DNA of 64,000 nucleotides from Candidatus Altiarchaeota archaeon (GCA_043800705.1 JAZDMS010000018.1:5564-69563); one strand, 5' to 3'. Positions 8,271 to 17,237 are shown, counted from the first letter of the stretch. Notes: generated by a model not told the origin, from the sequence alone. Numbers and translations: made by a program.

Positions 8271-8999
8271 TCAGCCGAACACCGATTCGTTCGGGAAGAC
8301 GACAAGTCCGTTGTCGGTGATCTTCATCGGCCTCAGGTGCTTGTCGAAGCTGGATCCGCGGATCTTCTGTATGCTGATTGCGCTGACCTTCTCCCCGTCG
8401 CTTTCGATGAGGTGCAGCTTCAGGACGCCGCTCGTGAGGAACTCCTCCATCTGTGTTTCGGGGCTTTCCAACTCGGATGTGATGAGCGTCGTGCAGCCCG
8501 TTGATTCGAGGAAGTTTATGAATCCGAGAAGCTCCCTCCTTGCCTCTGTCCTGCTTTCGTAGAGTATCTTGATGCTTGTAAGCGAGTCGACGACGATCCT
8601 CTTCGGCTTGTACTGGATAATGATGTTCCTTATGGTCTCGACGAGGGTTTTGAGGTTGAACTCCGGCTTCGAGATGACTCCCGCGGCCTTGATGGACCAT
8701 ATTCCCGACGCCATGTCCTGCATGGTGTCGAGTATCCTGATCCTGTTCAGGTCCCACCCGAATGTTGTCATGTCCTCCTTCAAGGCGGAGGCCTGCTCCT
8801 CCAAGGCGATGTACAGGCCGCGTTCGTTCTTCTTTACGCCGTCCATGAGGTACTGCATGCACATTATCGTCTTGCCCGCGCCCGGGCCGCCTGTGACCAG
8901 GTAGCTCCTGCCGGGAAGGAGTCCGCCGTGCATCATCTCATCCAGGCCGTCGACTCCCGTAGACACTCTCTCCATATGTGTAAAATTACGTTTAGCCAA
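8271..8999 (-). CDS. KaiC-like / RecA-superfamily ATPase (single domain)
   Basis: GVDGLDEMMHGGLLPGRSYLVTGGPGAGKT (Walker A) and RIVVDSL (Walker B); 242 aa. Its stop abuts the stop of the convergent paralog. Confidence 0.8.
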   Translation of the reverse strand: MAKRNFTHMERVSTGVDGLDEMMHGGLLPGRSYLVTGGPGAGKTIMCMQYLMDGVKKNERGLYIALEEQASALKEDMTTFGWDLNRIRILDTMQDMASGIWSIKAAGVISKPEFNLKTLVETIRNIIIQYKPKRIVVDSLTSIKILYESRTEARRELLGFINFLESTGCTTLITSELESPETQMEEFLTSGVLKLHLIESDGEKVSAISIQKIRGSSFDKHLRPMKITDNGLVVFPNESVFG

Positions 9000-9051
9000 T
9001 AAAAAGACCTGCTCTGGGGATGCCTACGTTCCAATCATCTATTCCGTCCCA

Positions 9052-9597
9052 TCATCCGAGCCTGAATCTTCCGATCTCCGTATATGTCGGACCATTTGGC
9101 GTTAGCCTGCTTTGCATCAGCGCGAATCCGTCGACGCAATATTCCCCGAATGCCGTCTCCGAATGGGATTCGACCAGGGCCTCCATCCGATTCCCGTCGG
9201 TGGGTCCCTTGACCCTTGCCAATGTAATATGCGGGTGGAATCGTTCCTCAGGCTGGAAACCGAGCGGAAGAAGCGCAGTGTCGACCTTTTCATGCAGGCT
9301 TATCGACTCATCAAAGCCGGCACCGATACCTGCCCATATAACCTTCGGATTCCCAGGATTCGGGAAGGCGCCGACGCCCTTGACGACGATCTTGTATCGG
9401 CTGGCCTTCACCCCGTCGAGGACGGCCTTCAGCCGGTCCAGCCCTGTCTCATCAACCTCGCCCAAAAACTTCAGCGTGAGATGGAGGTTCTCGTATTCGA
9501 CGGCCTTCAGACCGCCGCAGAGGCTAAGCTCATACTGGACTTCAGCCAATCTGTCCTTTATTTCTTCAGGGCATTCTATTGCTAAAAAGCACCTCAT
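9052..9597 (-). CDS. thpR: RNA 2',3'-cyclic phosphodiesterase (2H phosphoesterase, ThpR/LigT family)
   Basis: 181 aa with both H-x-T-x motifs (LHLTLKFLG and PHITLARV). Confidence 0.85.
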   Translation of the reverse strand: MRCFLAIECPEEIKDRLAEVQYELSLCGGLKAVEYENLHLTLKFLGEVDETGLDRLKAVLDGVKASRYKIVVKGVGAFPNPGNPKVIWAGIGAGFDESISLHEKVDTALLPLGFQPEERFHPHITLARVKGPTDGNRMEALVESHSETAFGEYCVDGFALMQSRLTPNGPTYTEIGRFRLG

Positions 9598-9612
9598 CCT
9601 ATATTACCTCCT

Positions 9613-10809
9613 CTAGTCGACGGATTTGTCGGGCATTTGCCGGTACATCTCACCGAATGCGCCAACTTCTTCATCAGCCAGTCCGGCTCCATCCCCGCCT
9701 CCTGCCAGGTAGTTGGCCAGTTTTCGCCTAAATTTTAGGATCTCCTCGTCTGTGGCACGCCATGGCCTGGCCTCAATCGGGTACCTAATCCTCTCGAAAT
9801 CGCATGGATTAGACAGGAAGTCTGCGATGACCTTCACATCCTCCCGTTCGATGGGAAAATGGGAATTTCCGCCGTCTCCGCTTTTATGGCGCAGTCCCTT
9901 AAGGGCTTTGGGGAGTGCATCTAACCGGTATCTGCCGAACACCCTCTGCATGTAGTCTCCGCCCCTGCATTCATCCAGCAGCATCGTCTTTATCGCCGCG
10001 GGATTGAAGAGCGACAGCGCCGAAGTGAAGCCTTCCGGATATCTGCCCCTCAAAACTTTTACCTGTTCCCGCATCCAGCCTGGCCAGGAGCCCTTGGCAT
10101 CAGACTCTAATATATTCTTCTTCATATGCCTCTTTGAACTCGTTGGGATTCCGACATCCACGCCCGCCGACTCCCGTATGGGGATGTCACAATAAGGCTT
10201 ATTAAGGACTTCGCAGAGAGTATTTCTGTTGTTGCGGACGCATTGTGTGGAGTTCGTGCCCATGAAGACACCGCCTACATGGCCGTTTCCCGGGCGCTCC
10301 CCGAGGATTTTATACAGGCTGTCTGCATTTATGTGTTGCTTGAAAAAGATAATCCTTGCAGGGGGGAAATGCTTGAGTGCATTCGCAAAAAACCACAGTT
10401 CGTCATAGGGGCTGCTGAAGCCCATTTTCGCAAGCTGCTCTGTCTTCCTCTGCCACGCTAAATTGTCACGGAATATGTCCCTCGGATGGCTTTCGTATAG
10501 CTGGTGACCTATATGGTCGCCCAATTTCTTATACTCCTCCTCAGACACCCTGTTGCCGACCGCAACCAGGATTGCGGAGGGATTGGCAGCCTCCCCCCCG
10601 ATTATTCCAAGCATCCTGTCTGCGGACTCGAGCTCATCCATCATATAGGCGACCTCAAACGGCTTGGTGTTCCACCCCTCATTTAGACGGAAGTTGTGGC
10701 TCAGGTAGAATGGGTGGACTACGCCGACAATCCGGACCCTCTCCGAGCCGCGCAGCCTGGGGAACTCAGCATCATCCCCCTGACGCCTCTGCAGTTGCGC
10801 TAAGGTCAT
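9613..10809 (-). CDS. Hypothetical protein (398 aa), no family recognised
   Basis: A long ORF on the coding strand of the thpR operon, with its stop 15 nt upstream of the thpR start. No recognisable signature apart from a weak K...G-x-N-S-T-Q-C-V segment. Confidence 0.6.
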   Translation of the reverse strand: MTLAQLQRRQGDDAEFPRLRGSERVRIVGVVHPFYLSHNFRLNEGWNTKPFEVAYMMDELESADRMLGIIGGEAANPSAILVAVGNRVSEEEYKKLGDHIGHQLYESHPRDIFRDNLAWQRKTEQLAKMGFSSPYDELWFFANALKHFPPARIIFFKQHINADSLYKILGERPGNGHVGGVFMGTNSTQCVRNNRNTLCEVLNKPYCDIPIRESAGVDVGIPTSSKRHMKKNILESDAKGSWPGWMREQVKVLRGRYPEGFTSALSLFNPAAIKTMLLDECRGGDYMQRVFGRYRLDALPKALKGLRHKSGDGGNSHFPIEREDVKVIADFLSNPCDFERIRYPIEARPWRATDEEILKFRRKLANYLAGGGDGAGLADEEVGAFGEMYRQMPDKSVD

Positions 10810-10846
10810 ACACTATTTTTATGCGGGCTGTCATAATAATCAATCT

Positions 10847-11188
10847 ATGATGCCGGGCGGTATGAATCCGAAGCAGATGAAGAAGCTGATGAAGCGGATG
10901 GGGATAAAGTCCGACGAGATCGACGCCGAGCAGGTCATCATCAAATGCGTCGACCGCGAGATAATCATCGACGAGCCGTCGGTCGTCAAGACCGTCATCC
11001 AGGGCCAGGAGATGTTCCAGATCCAGGGCAAGGTCCGCGAATCCGAATCCGAAGCATCGGTAGACATCAGCCAGGAGGACGTCGACATGGTCATGGCCCA
11101 GACCAAAGTGAACGAAGCGAAGGCGATAGCCGCCCTCGAGAAGGCCAAAGGCGACATAGCGCAGGCGATAATAGACCTGAAAAGCTGA
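10847..11188 (+). CDS. nac: Nascent polypeptide-associated complex protein (archaeal NAC)
   Basis: MMPGGMNPKQMKKLMKRMGIK N-terminus, a NAC beta-barrel region and a C-terminal UBA-like DVDMVMAQTKVNEAKAIAALEKAKGDIAQAIIDLK. Confidence 0.9.
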   Translation: MMPGGMNPKQMKKLMKRMGIKSDEIDAEQVIIKCVDREIIIDEPSVVKTVIQGQEMFQIQGKVRESESEASVDISQEDVDMVMAQTKVNEAKAIAALEKAKGDIAQAIIDLKS

Positions 11189-11206
11189 TTGCCCCGTTCC
11201 CGGTTT

Positions 11207-11929
11207 TCAGTTTCCGGTTTTCTGATTCTTGGCCGGTTTCCTGCGCAGCTCAAGCAGGTATATGCAACTGGCTGTCGGCTTAGGCGGCCTGCCCCTGGTT
11301 TTTTGGGGCTGGATTTTCTCCGCATCACCCATCGCGTATTCCAGGAACGGATTCATCGGACTGCCGCCCTCCCATTTTCGCCTCTTCATCTCGTACGTCA
11401 ATTTCGCATATGTCCTGAGGTCTTCGCACCTGAGCCATTTCGGGTCCCAATCGGGATAGCGGCCCATTTCGCCGGCAAGCCCCATATCTTCGGCCATATC
11501 CCAGAGGCGAAAGAGCGTTTTCCAATTGTATGAAGCTATTTCTATCCTCCCCTTATCTGCCAGAAGGCTGTTGGCATTCTTGAAAAGCCCCCGGAATTCC
11601 GCCTCACTCATCCCCCCCTCCCCGACGAGGGGAACGTCCAATAGTATTCTCTTCGTCTTCACGCCCGTTTTGAGCAATTCGCCGATGTATTCGCCCATGC
11701 GGGAGGGGGCCACGGAGACGCCAGCCCCGGCAAGTTCCTTGACCCGCGAGGCAGATACGCTGCCTCCCGCCCTCCCATAAGCCGGGTCGACGGCGATGTA
11801 GAGCTTGGACGGGAACCTGCGGGCTTTTCGCTCCAACAGGTCGCATCTTCCCGCACCGAACTCCAGTATCTCCGCAATCGCCGGCGCTCCATCAGAAAAA
11901 GCCTGCATCGGGCTCTTTGAGGCTTGCAT
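11207..11929 (-). CDS. Hypothetical protein, possibly a class I SAM-dependent methyltransferase fold
   Basis: ILEFGAGRCDLL resembles SAM motif I (E/DxGxGxG). The rest is unrecognised. Confidence 0.35.
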   Translation of the reverse strand: MQASKSPMQAFSDGAPAIAEILEFGAGRCDLLERKARRFPSKLYIAVDPAYGRAGGSVSASRVKELAGAGVSVAPSRMGEYIGELLKTGVKTKRILLDVPLVGEGGMSEAEFRGLFKNANSLLADKGRIEIASYNWKTLFRLWDMAEDMGLAGEMGRYPDWDPKWLRCEDLRTYAKLTYEMKRRKWEGGSPMNPFLEYAMGDAEKIQPQKTRGRPPKPTASCIYLLELRRKPAKNQKTGN

Positions 11930-11966
11930 CGGTTAATTTTTAAGCGACATAAGGAAATATAAGCCA

Positions 11967-12422
11967 GTGGAAGCGGAAGAGGCATTCGATAAGATAATCA
12001 ACGGCGTCTGCGTCGTCACAGTCAAGGCCGAAGGTAAAATCAACGGGATGACTGCGGCGTGGTATACCCGCGTCTCATTCTCTCCGCCCCTGGTGATGGT
12101 GTCGGTCGCGCCCAAGAGATTCACACACGGCCTCATCAAGAAGGCCGGCTCGTTCTGCATCAACATACTCGCCGAAGACCAGCTCCCCCTAGCCAAAGCG
12201 TTCGGATCCTCGAGCGGGAGGACGACCGACAAATTCAAGGGCGTCAAATACAAGGCGGGAAAAACGGGATCGCCGATACTCGAGGACACTGCGGCATACC
12301 TCGACTGCAGACTCGCGCACTCATACGAGGCAGGCGACCACACACTATTCGTCGGGGAAGTCGTGGACGCCGGAGCATCCGAGAAGCGGCCGCTGCCGTC
12401 GAGGATGGAAGACTATTCCTGA
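11967..12422 (+). CDS. Flavin reductase-like (FMN-binding split barrel) protein
   Basis: GVCVVTVKAEGKINGMTAAWYTRVSFSPPLVMVSVAPKRFTHGLI is typical of the flavin reductase domain. GTG start. Confidence 0.75.
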   Translation: MEAEEAFDKIINGVCVVTVKAEGKINGMTAAWYTRVSFSPPLVMVSVAPKRFTHGLIKKAGSFCINILAEDQLPLAKAFGSSSGRTTDKFKGVKYKAGKTGSPILEDTAAYLDCRLAHSYEAGDHTLFVGEVVDAGASEKRPLPSRMEDYS

Positions 12423-12994
12423 ACCTGTTTCACGGTTTCGTCGACGAGCTTCATCAGGTACCGCCTGCCTTTTTCCAGAGTGGCCTGCGTCGGGTCTCCA
12501 AGGATGCCGGATATGCTGTGGTCCTTCATCCTCCAGCCGTCCCTCTTCGGCCACGTGAACTCGTGCTTGCGGATATTCTCCTGCCTCACAAGGTCCGGTC
12601 GCAGGTGCATCATGATGCTGGTCTCGATCTCGCCTGCGTGATCGTATGGTTTGAATATGGTCGTGAGGTTCATATGCCTTACCCCCAGCTCCCTCAGGCA
12701 TCTGTTGTTGCCTCCGTGGCCGTTGACGAAGACCACGTTCGGACCGCCGGCCTTCAGTACGGCGTCCTTGAACTCCTCCTCGGTCAGCGTCTTCGTCCCA
12801 GGGAAATCCATGTGCTCCGGGGAGAGCCCTACTTTTATCGACTCTCCCAGTTTCGCACCGATTTGTGCTGCCGCCTCTTTAGCGACTGCCTCGGCGATCA
12901 TAGTATCGGTCTCAAACGGCAGGTGGGGGCCGTGCTGCTCGAAGCTTCCGATAGGGACGAGCGTCAATACCCCCTTAGATTCCTCGATTTTCAT
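12413..12994 (-). CDS. Creatininase-family amidohydrolase (ArfB/MptB-like)
   Basis: LVPIGSFEQHGPHLPFETD and VNGHGGN metal-ligand motifs of the creatininase family. Compact at 193 aa. Confidence 0.7.
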   Translation of the reverse strand: MKIEESKGVLTLVPIGSFEQHGPHLPFETDTMIAEAVAKEAAAQIGAKLGESIKVGLSPEHMDFPGTKTLTEEEFKDAVLKAGGPNVVFVNGHGGNNRCLRELGVRHMNLTTIFKPYDHAGEIETSIMMHLRPDLVRQENIRKHEFTWPKRDGWRMKDHSISGILGDPTQATLEKGRRYLMKLVDETVKQVQE

Positions 12995-13102
12995 GGCCGT
13001 TATATATCCCTAATTGGCCCTTATTACTTACATGCGTGCACGGCTTCAGACTTGTGACGGAGCCTTTTATCAGCTGTTTCGCCGGATTTCTGGAGGATTC
13101 CA

Positions 13103-13993
13103 GTGAAACTGCCCCCAGGCTTCGAGGCCTATCACAAGCGGCTTTACGGGGCGGATTACGGGAAGTTCATAAACTATTTCATGACGCATAAGGAACGGTT
13201 TTCCCTACGTGTCAATACACTCAAGACGGACATGCGGGAGCTCAAGAGGATACTCGCAGAGCACAGGATAACATACGGCCCCGTAAGCTGGTGCCCCGAC
13301 GGGCTCTGGGTCGACTCAGGAAGCCTCGATTACATGGAGCACCAGATGGGCCTATACTATATTCAGTCCGCGTCGTCGATGATCGCGCCGCAGGTTTTGG
13401 GGCCGGGAAAACGGGTCCTCGACCTCTGCGCAGCCCCCGGAGGTAAAACGACTCACCTGGCCCAGCTCATGGGCAATAAGGGCCTAATCGTCGCCAACGA
13501 CGACAGCCACGCGAGGATAAAGGGCCTCGTCTACAACATCCAGCGGTGCGGGCTCACAAACGCGGTCGTCACCCTATTGGACGGGTGCAGGTATGACCAA
13601 TACGGGGAGCGCTTTGACAGAATACTCCTGGACGCCCCCTGCTCCAGCGTCGGGACCATGCGGCAGAACAGGGAAGTCCTCGCGGACTGGAGCCTCGAAT
13701 GGGCCAGGCAGCTTTCGCAGGTGCAGAAGAAGATGATACTCTCCGCATACGACAGCCTCCTTGACAAAGGCAGGATCGTATACAGCACGTGCACGACGAC
13801 CCTCGAGGAGAACGAGCATGTGATCGAACACCTGCTGAAAGAGCGGCCTGAGGCGAGGCTCAACAAGGTACGGCTGGACGGCATCAGGCTGAGGCGGGGC
13901 ATGACCGAGGCCGCAGCGGACTGTGCAAGGGTCTTCCCCACGGATGACGACACCGAGCCGCACTTCATAGCGGAGGTGGTTAAGGGTGGATGA
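13103..13993 (+). CDS. NOL1/NOP2/Sun-family RNA (cytosine-C5) methyltransferase, catalytic domain
   Basis: DLCAAPGGKTTHLA (SAM site), DRILLDAPCSSVGTMR and YSTCT catalytic cysteine motifs. GTG start. Confidence 0.85.
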   Translation: MKLPPGFEAYHKRLYGADYGKFINYFMTHKERFSLRVNTLKTDMRELKRILAEHRITYGPVSWCPDGLWVDSGSLDYMEHQMGLYYIQSASSMIAPQVLGPGKRVLDLCAAPGGKTTHLAQLMGNKGLIVANDDSHARIKGLVYNIQRCGLTNAVVTLLDGCRYDQYGERFDRILLDAPCSSVGTMRQNREVLADWSLEWARQLSQVQKKMILSAYDSLLDKGRIVYSTCTTTLEENEHVIEHLLKERPEARLNKVRLDGIRLRRGMTEAAADCARVFPTDDDTEPHFIAEVVKGG

Positions 13994-14378
13994 GGCGGAA
14001 CTCCTGAAGAGGCTGAACGAGCGATACGGGTCATTATACTCCCCCCAAGGCAGGCTCATCCCCCGCAGGGAGAAGATCTTCCTCTACAGCGGCCCGGAAG
14101 TCGTCCTCAAATACGGCTGGTGCGGCCTGCACATAGCCAACATGGACCTGTCGCTGACGATAGAGGGCGCCCAGCTTTTAGGCGCTACGGCGTCGAAGAA
14201 CCTCGTCGCCATAACGCCGGAGCAGGCTAAGGAATACTACCTCGGAAGAGACCTGCCCGGATTCGAAGGCGACGGATACGTCATCCTGAGGACCGCCCAC
14301 AGGATAGTCGGCCCAGGACTACTGGGCGGCGGGCTCATTAAAAACACCCTCCCGGATTCAAGGAAGACGAAGTTATAA
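13986..14378 (+). CDS. RsmF-type C-terminal (PUA-like) domain protein encoded as a separate ORF
   Basis: GTG 13986 overlaps the upstream stop by 8 nt. GYVILRTAHRIVGPGLLGGGLIKNTLP resembles the gw.lv...g..lG.gk...g.lKN.yP ending remembered from RsmF C-terminal domains. Confidence 0.5.
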   Translation: MDEAELLKRLNERYGSLYSPQGRLIPRREKIFLYSGPEVVLKYGWCGLHIANMDLSLTIEGAQLLGATASKNLVAITPEQAKEYYLGRDLPGFEGDGYVILRTAHRIVGPGLLGGGLIKNTLPDSRKTKL

Positions 14379-14401
14379 CCCCTACCAACAATATCCTCAC
14401 G

Positions 14402-14713
14402 ATGGCATTCATAGAAGTCCACATCACCTACCCCGACATGGGGTCTGCGAGGAAGGCGGCGGACGGCCTCTTGAAGAAGCGGCTCATAGCCTGCGCCAAC
14501 CTCTATCCCGTGGAGAGCGCCTACTGGTGGAAGGGGAAGATCGAGGAATCGAAGGAAATCCTCGCAGTCGTCAAGACCCGCAAAGAGCTATGGACAAAGC
14601 TGAAGGCCGAAGTCGAGAGGACACACCCCTACGAGGTCCCCTGCATAATTGCGATTGAGGCCGAAGCCAACGACAAATACGAGGACTGGATAAACCATGA
14701 GACCAAAAACTAA
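14402..14713 (+). CDS. cutA: Divalent-cation tolerance protein CutA
   Basis: LIACANLYPVESAYWWKGKIEESKEILAVVKT...HPYEVPCII is the CutA1 signature; 103 aa. Confidence 0.9.
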   Translation: MAFIEVHITYPDMGSARKAADGLLKKRLIACANLYPVESAYWWKGKIEESKEILAVVKTRKELWTKLKAEVERTHPYEVPCIIAIEAEANDKYEDWINHETKN

Positions 14714-15866
14714 TCGTATTAGAAAAATTAACGGCTCCCTCAAACGAATATTCAGCCCGGAACTCAAATACGTCCTGGTCATTTTCCTCATCACCCGCGC
14801 GGCCATGACTCCGCTAATAGTCGAGTCAAGGGCGATAGGCTCGGAGACGTCCCGTTTTGTCTCGGTGGCCTACGTCAACTACGCCCCCAATTGGCTTGGG
14901 GCATGGGGGATGTGGGACAGCGCATGGTACCTTGACATAGCAAAAAACTGGTACTCCCCGGAAATCAAAACCGACATATGGCACTACAATCAAGCCAACT
15001 ACGGCTTCTTCCCCCTCTACCCCCTCCTGATGAGGCTGATCGGCCAGGCCATCGGCGACTATTTCATAGCAGGCCTCATAGTATCAAACGTTTCACTAAT
15101 CATCGCATGCCTTTTCATGTTCAAGCTCGCAAGCCTCCAATATGACAAAGCCACGGCTTATCGCGCAATCAAATACATGTTCCTATTCCCCGCGGCGTTC
15201 ATGTTCTCCGCAGTACTCACAGAAAGCCTCGCACTAGCCCTAATACTGGCATCATTCTACTTTGCCAAAAGCGGCGGATGGCTTAAGGCAGGCGTATCGG
15301 GATTTCTCCTGGCCCTGACTAAACCCTACGGGGCCCTGATACTAATCCCCCTATCATTCGAATACTACAAAACATACGGCCTCAAGGTCCGCCCCCAAGC
15401 CGCCTCCCTCCTGCTCGTCCCAGCGGGGCTTTTCCTTTTCATGTGCTTTACCCACATTTTGACCGGCGACTTCATGGCATATCCTCATATCAAGGAGTCG
15501 GGGTGGGGACACCACCTCTCGAACCCCGCAACCGTGCTGGTAGAGGCGATAACCTCCGGCAGGGCGTCATACGTCCTCAACGGCCTCTTCTCAGCCGCCA
15601 TGATACTAATCCTCCTCCTGAATTATCGGAGGATGGAATCCTCCTACCTGCTTTTCGGCCTCCTCTTCACGCTGGTTCCGCTGGCTAACGAGGGCCGAGG
15701 GATGCTCCAGTGCATGACAAGATATGCGCTCATCGTCTTCCCCCTCTACATAACCTTGGCATTGGATACTCGCAGACTGCTGACAGACTATTGTGTGACG
15801 GCGACTCTCATCCCGCTGCAACTGATCCTACTATACATCTGGGCCAGCGGAACATATGCGATCTAG
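14697..15866 (+). CDS. Polytopic membrane protein, PIG-V-like (GT-C) mannosyltransferase family
   Basis: About 10 hydrophobic segments. WDSAWYLDIAKNWY resembles the DS.hY..IA..GY motif of PIG-V-type mannosyltransferases. Confidence 0.45.
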   Translation: MRPKTNRIRKINGSLKRIFSPELKYVLVIFLITRAAMTPLIVESRAIGSETSRFVSVAYVNYAPNWLGAWGMWDSAWYLDIAKNWYSPEIKTDIWHYNQANYGFFPLYPLLMRLIGQAIGDYFIAGLIVSNVSLIIACLFMFKLASLQYDKATAYRAIKYMFLFPAAFMFSAVLTESLALALILASFYFAKSGGWLKAGVSGFLLALTKPYGALILIPLSFEYYKTYGLKVRPQAASLLLVPAGLFLFMCFTHILTGDFMAYPHIKESGWGHHLSNPATVLVEAITSGRASYVLNGLFSAAMILILLLNYRRMESSYLLFGLLFTLVPLANEGRGMLQCMTRYALIVFPLYITLALDTRRLLTDYCVTATLIPLQLILLYIWASGTYAI

Positions 15867-15867
15867 C

Positions 15868-15969
15868 CTAGGCGCCAACGATATAGTCAATTGTCTTCAG
15901 GTATGCCTCCAGGTCGTCCATCGTGCGGTCCGCCATGTGCGCTACCCTGAACGCCTTTCCCTTCAGCCC
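15868..15969 (-). pseudogene. Remnant of the last 33 codons plus stop of a class V aminotransferase paralog
   Basis: The reverse strand reads GLKGKAFRVAHMADRTMDDLEAYLKTIDYIVGA*. The intact gene 80 bp away ends ..LKGKAFRVAHMADRTMDDLEKYLQTIDEIVGY*, so 28 of the last 32 residues are identical, with many synonymous DNA differences. Confidence 0.8.
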
Positions 15970-15998
15970 TTTTTTCTTTCTTCACAAGAAAGAAAAAA
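15970..15998. terminator. Perfect 13-bp hairpin (TTTTTTCTTTCTT cac AAGAAAGAAAAAA) between convergent genes
   Basis: Read directly. The arms are exact reverse complements, and the T/A-rich stem gives an oligo-T on either strand. Confidence 0.5.
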
Positions 15999-16024
15999 GC
16001 GCTGGCGGAAAAAAGAAAGAACTG

Positions 16025-16041
16025 CGGGGTCTTCGACCCCG
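16025..16041. terminator. GC-rich 7-bp hairpin (CGGGGTC ttc GACCCCG)
   Basis: Read directly. It lies 10 nt downstream of the aminotransferase stop. Confidence 0.45.
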
Positions 16042-16050
16042 CCTGCTTCT

Positions 16051-17112
16051 TCAGTATCCTACTATTTCGTCGATGGTTTGCAGATATTTCTCCAAGTCGT
16101 CCATCGTTCTGTCGGCCATGTGAGCGACGCGGAATGCCTTCCCTTTGAGGTCTCCGTATCCGTTGCTGAATTGGTATCCCTTCTCGCCTAATTTCTTGCT
16201 TAGGTCAGCGAGGTCGTAGTTCCTGCTGTTGTTGATTCCTGTGACGGTCTGGCTCATGCACCATTCCTCCGGGTACAGCTGCCAGTTCTTCCTCGCCCAC
16301 TCCTGCGTGTACTTGGCCATCTTCGCATGCCGTTCGACCCTGTTGTCGAGGCCTTCCTTCAGGATTTTCCCGCACTGGTAATCCAGGGCCCTGATCTGGG
16401 GGATCGGCGGCGTGCTCGGCGTCTGGTCCTTTTCCGCCTTCTTCAGGTAGTCCTGGTAGTCGAAGTACAGGCCCCTGTTCGGGGTGTTCCTGGACCTCTC
16501 CAATGCCTTCGCGCTGACTGCCGTCATCGCGAGGCCCGGGGCGACTCCGAAGCATTTCTGCGTCCCAGTGACCAGGACGTCTATTCCCAGCCTGTCGGTC
16601 TCTATCTTAGCCCCGCATGCGCTGGAGACCGCGTCGACGCAGAACATTACTCCGTTGTCTGAGCAGAGTTTCCCGAATCCATCGAGAGGCGTCATCGCGC
16701 ACGTCGAAGTCTCGTTGTGCGTCACAAAGAGCGTGTCGTATTCGCCGGACTTCAGCTTTTCCTCCACGTCCTTCGGCTTCGCGGCGCTGCCCCATTTGAC
16801 GTCTAACTTGTCCGCCTTCTTCCCGCAGGCGACCGACATCTTGTGCCACCTGCCGGAGAACGCCCCGTTCACCACATGCAGGGCCTTCATGTTGACGCAG
16901 TTGAGGACTGCGGCCTCCATCCAGCCGCTCGAGGACATGGGGCCGAGGAAGACCGTGTTGTCTGTCAGGAGGATCTTCCTCAGCTTCTCGACGCAGCCCT
17001 TGTGGAGCTCGCTGTATTCCTTTCCGCGGTGCCCTATCATGGGCTCCGCCATCTTAGCCGCTACGTCCTCCGATACGTCTACCGGTCCTGGTATGAATAG
17101 TTTCTTTGCCAA
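16051..17112 (-). CDS. Class V aminotransferase (serine-pyruvate / alanine-glyoxylate / phosphoserine aminotransferase type)
   Basis: MAKKLFIPGPVDVSEDV...MIGHRGKEY N-terminus, and TGTQKC contains the PLP lysine context. Confidence 0.85.
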   Translation of the reverse strand: MAKKLFIPGPVDVSEDVAAKMAEPMIGHRGKEYSELHKGCVEKLRKILLTDNTVFLGPMSSSGWMEAAVLNCVNMKALHVVNGAFSGRWHKMSVACGKKADKLDVKWGSAAKPKDVEEKLKSGEYDTLFVTHNETSTCAMTPLDGFGKLCSDNGVMFCVDAVSSACGAKIETDRLGIDVLVTGTQKCFGVAPGLAMTAVSAKALERSRNTPNRGLYFDYQDYLKKAEKDQTPSTPPIPQIRALDYQCGKILKEGLDNRVERHAKMAKYTQEWARKNWQLYPEEWCMSQTVTGINNSRNYDLADLSKKLGEKGYQFSNGYGDLKGKAFRVAHMADRTMDDLEKYLQTIDEIVGY

Positions 17113-17237
17113 AGTCTCACCTATGCAATGATGCTATACGAACGTAACTAATTCGCGTCACTGGATAATAAGCCAGCGGATGTCCGTATTATTTAAGGCG
17201 TTCGCAAAATTATACTTGCCGGTTTTCTCGCGTTTTC

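Noticed and set aside
15856-16191. 111-aa plus-strand ORF spanning the convergent intergenic region
   Set aside because: It runs antisense through the aminotransferase tail fossil, both hairpins and the 3' end of the intact aminotransferase, so it is an artefact of those features.
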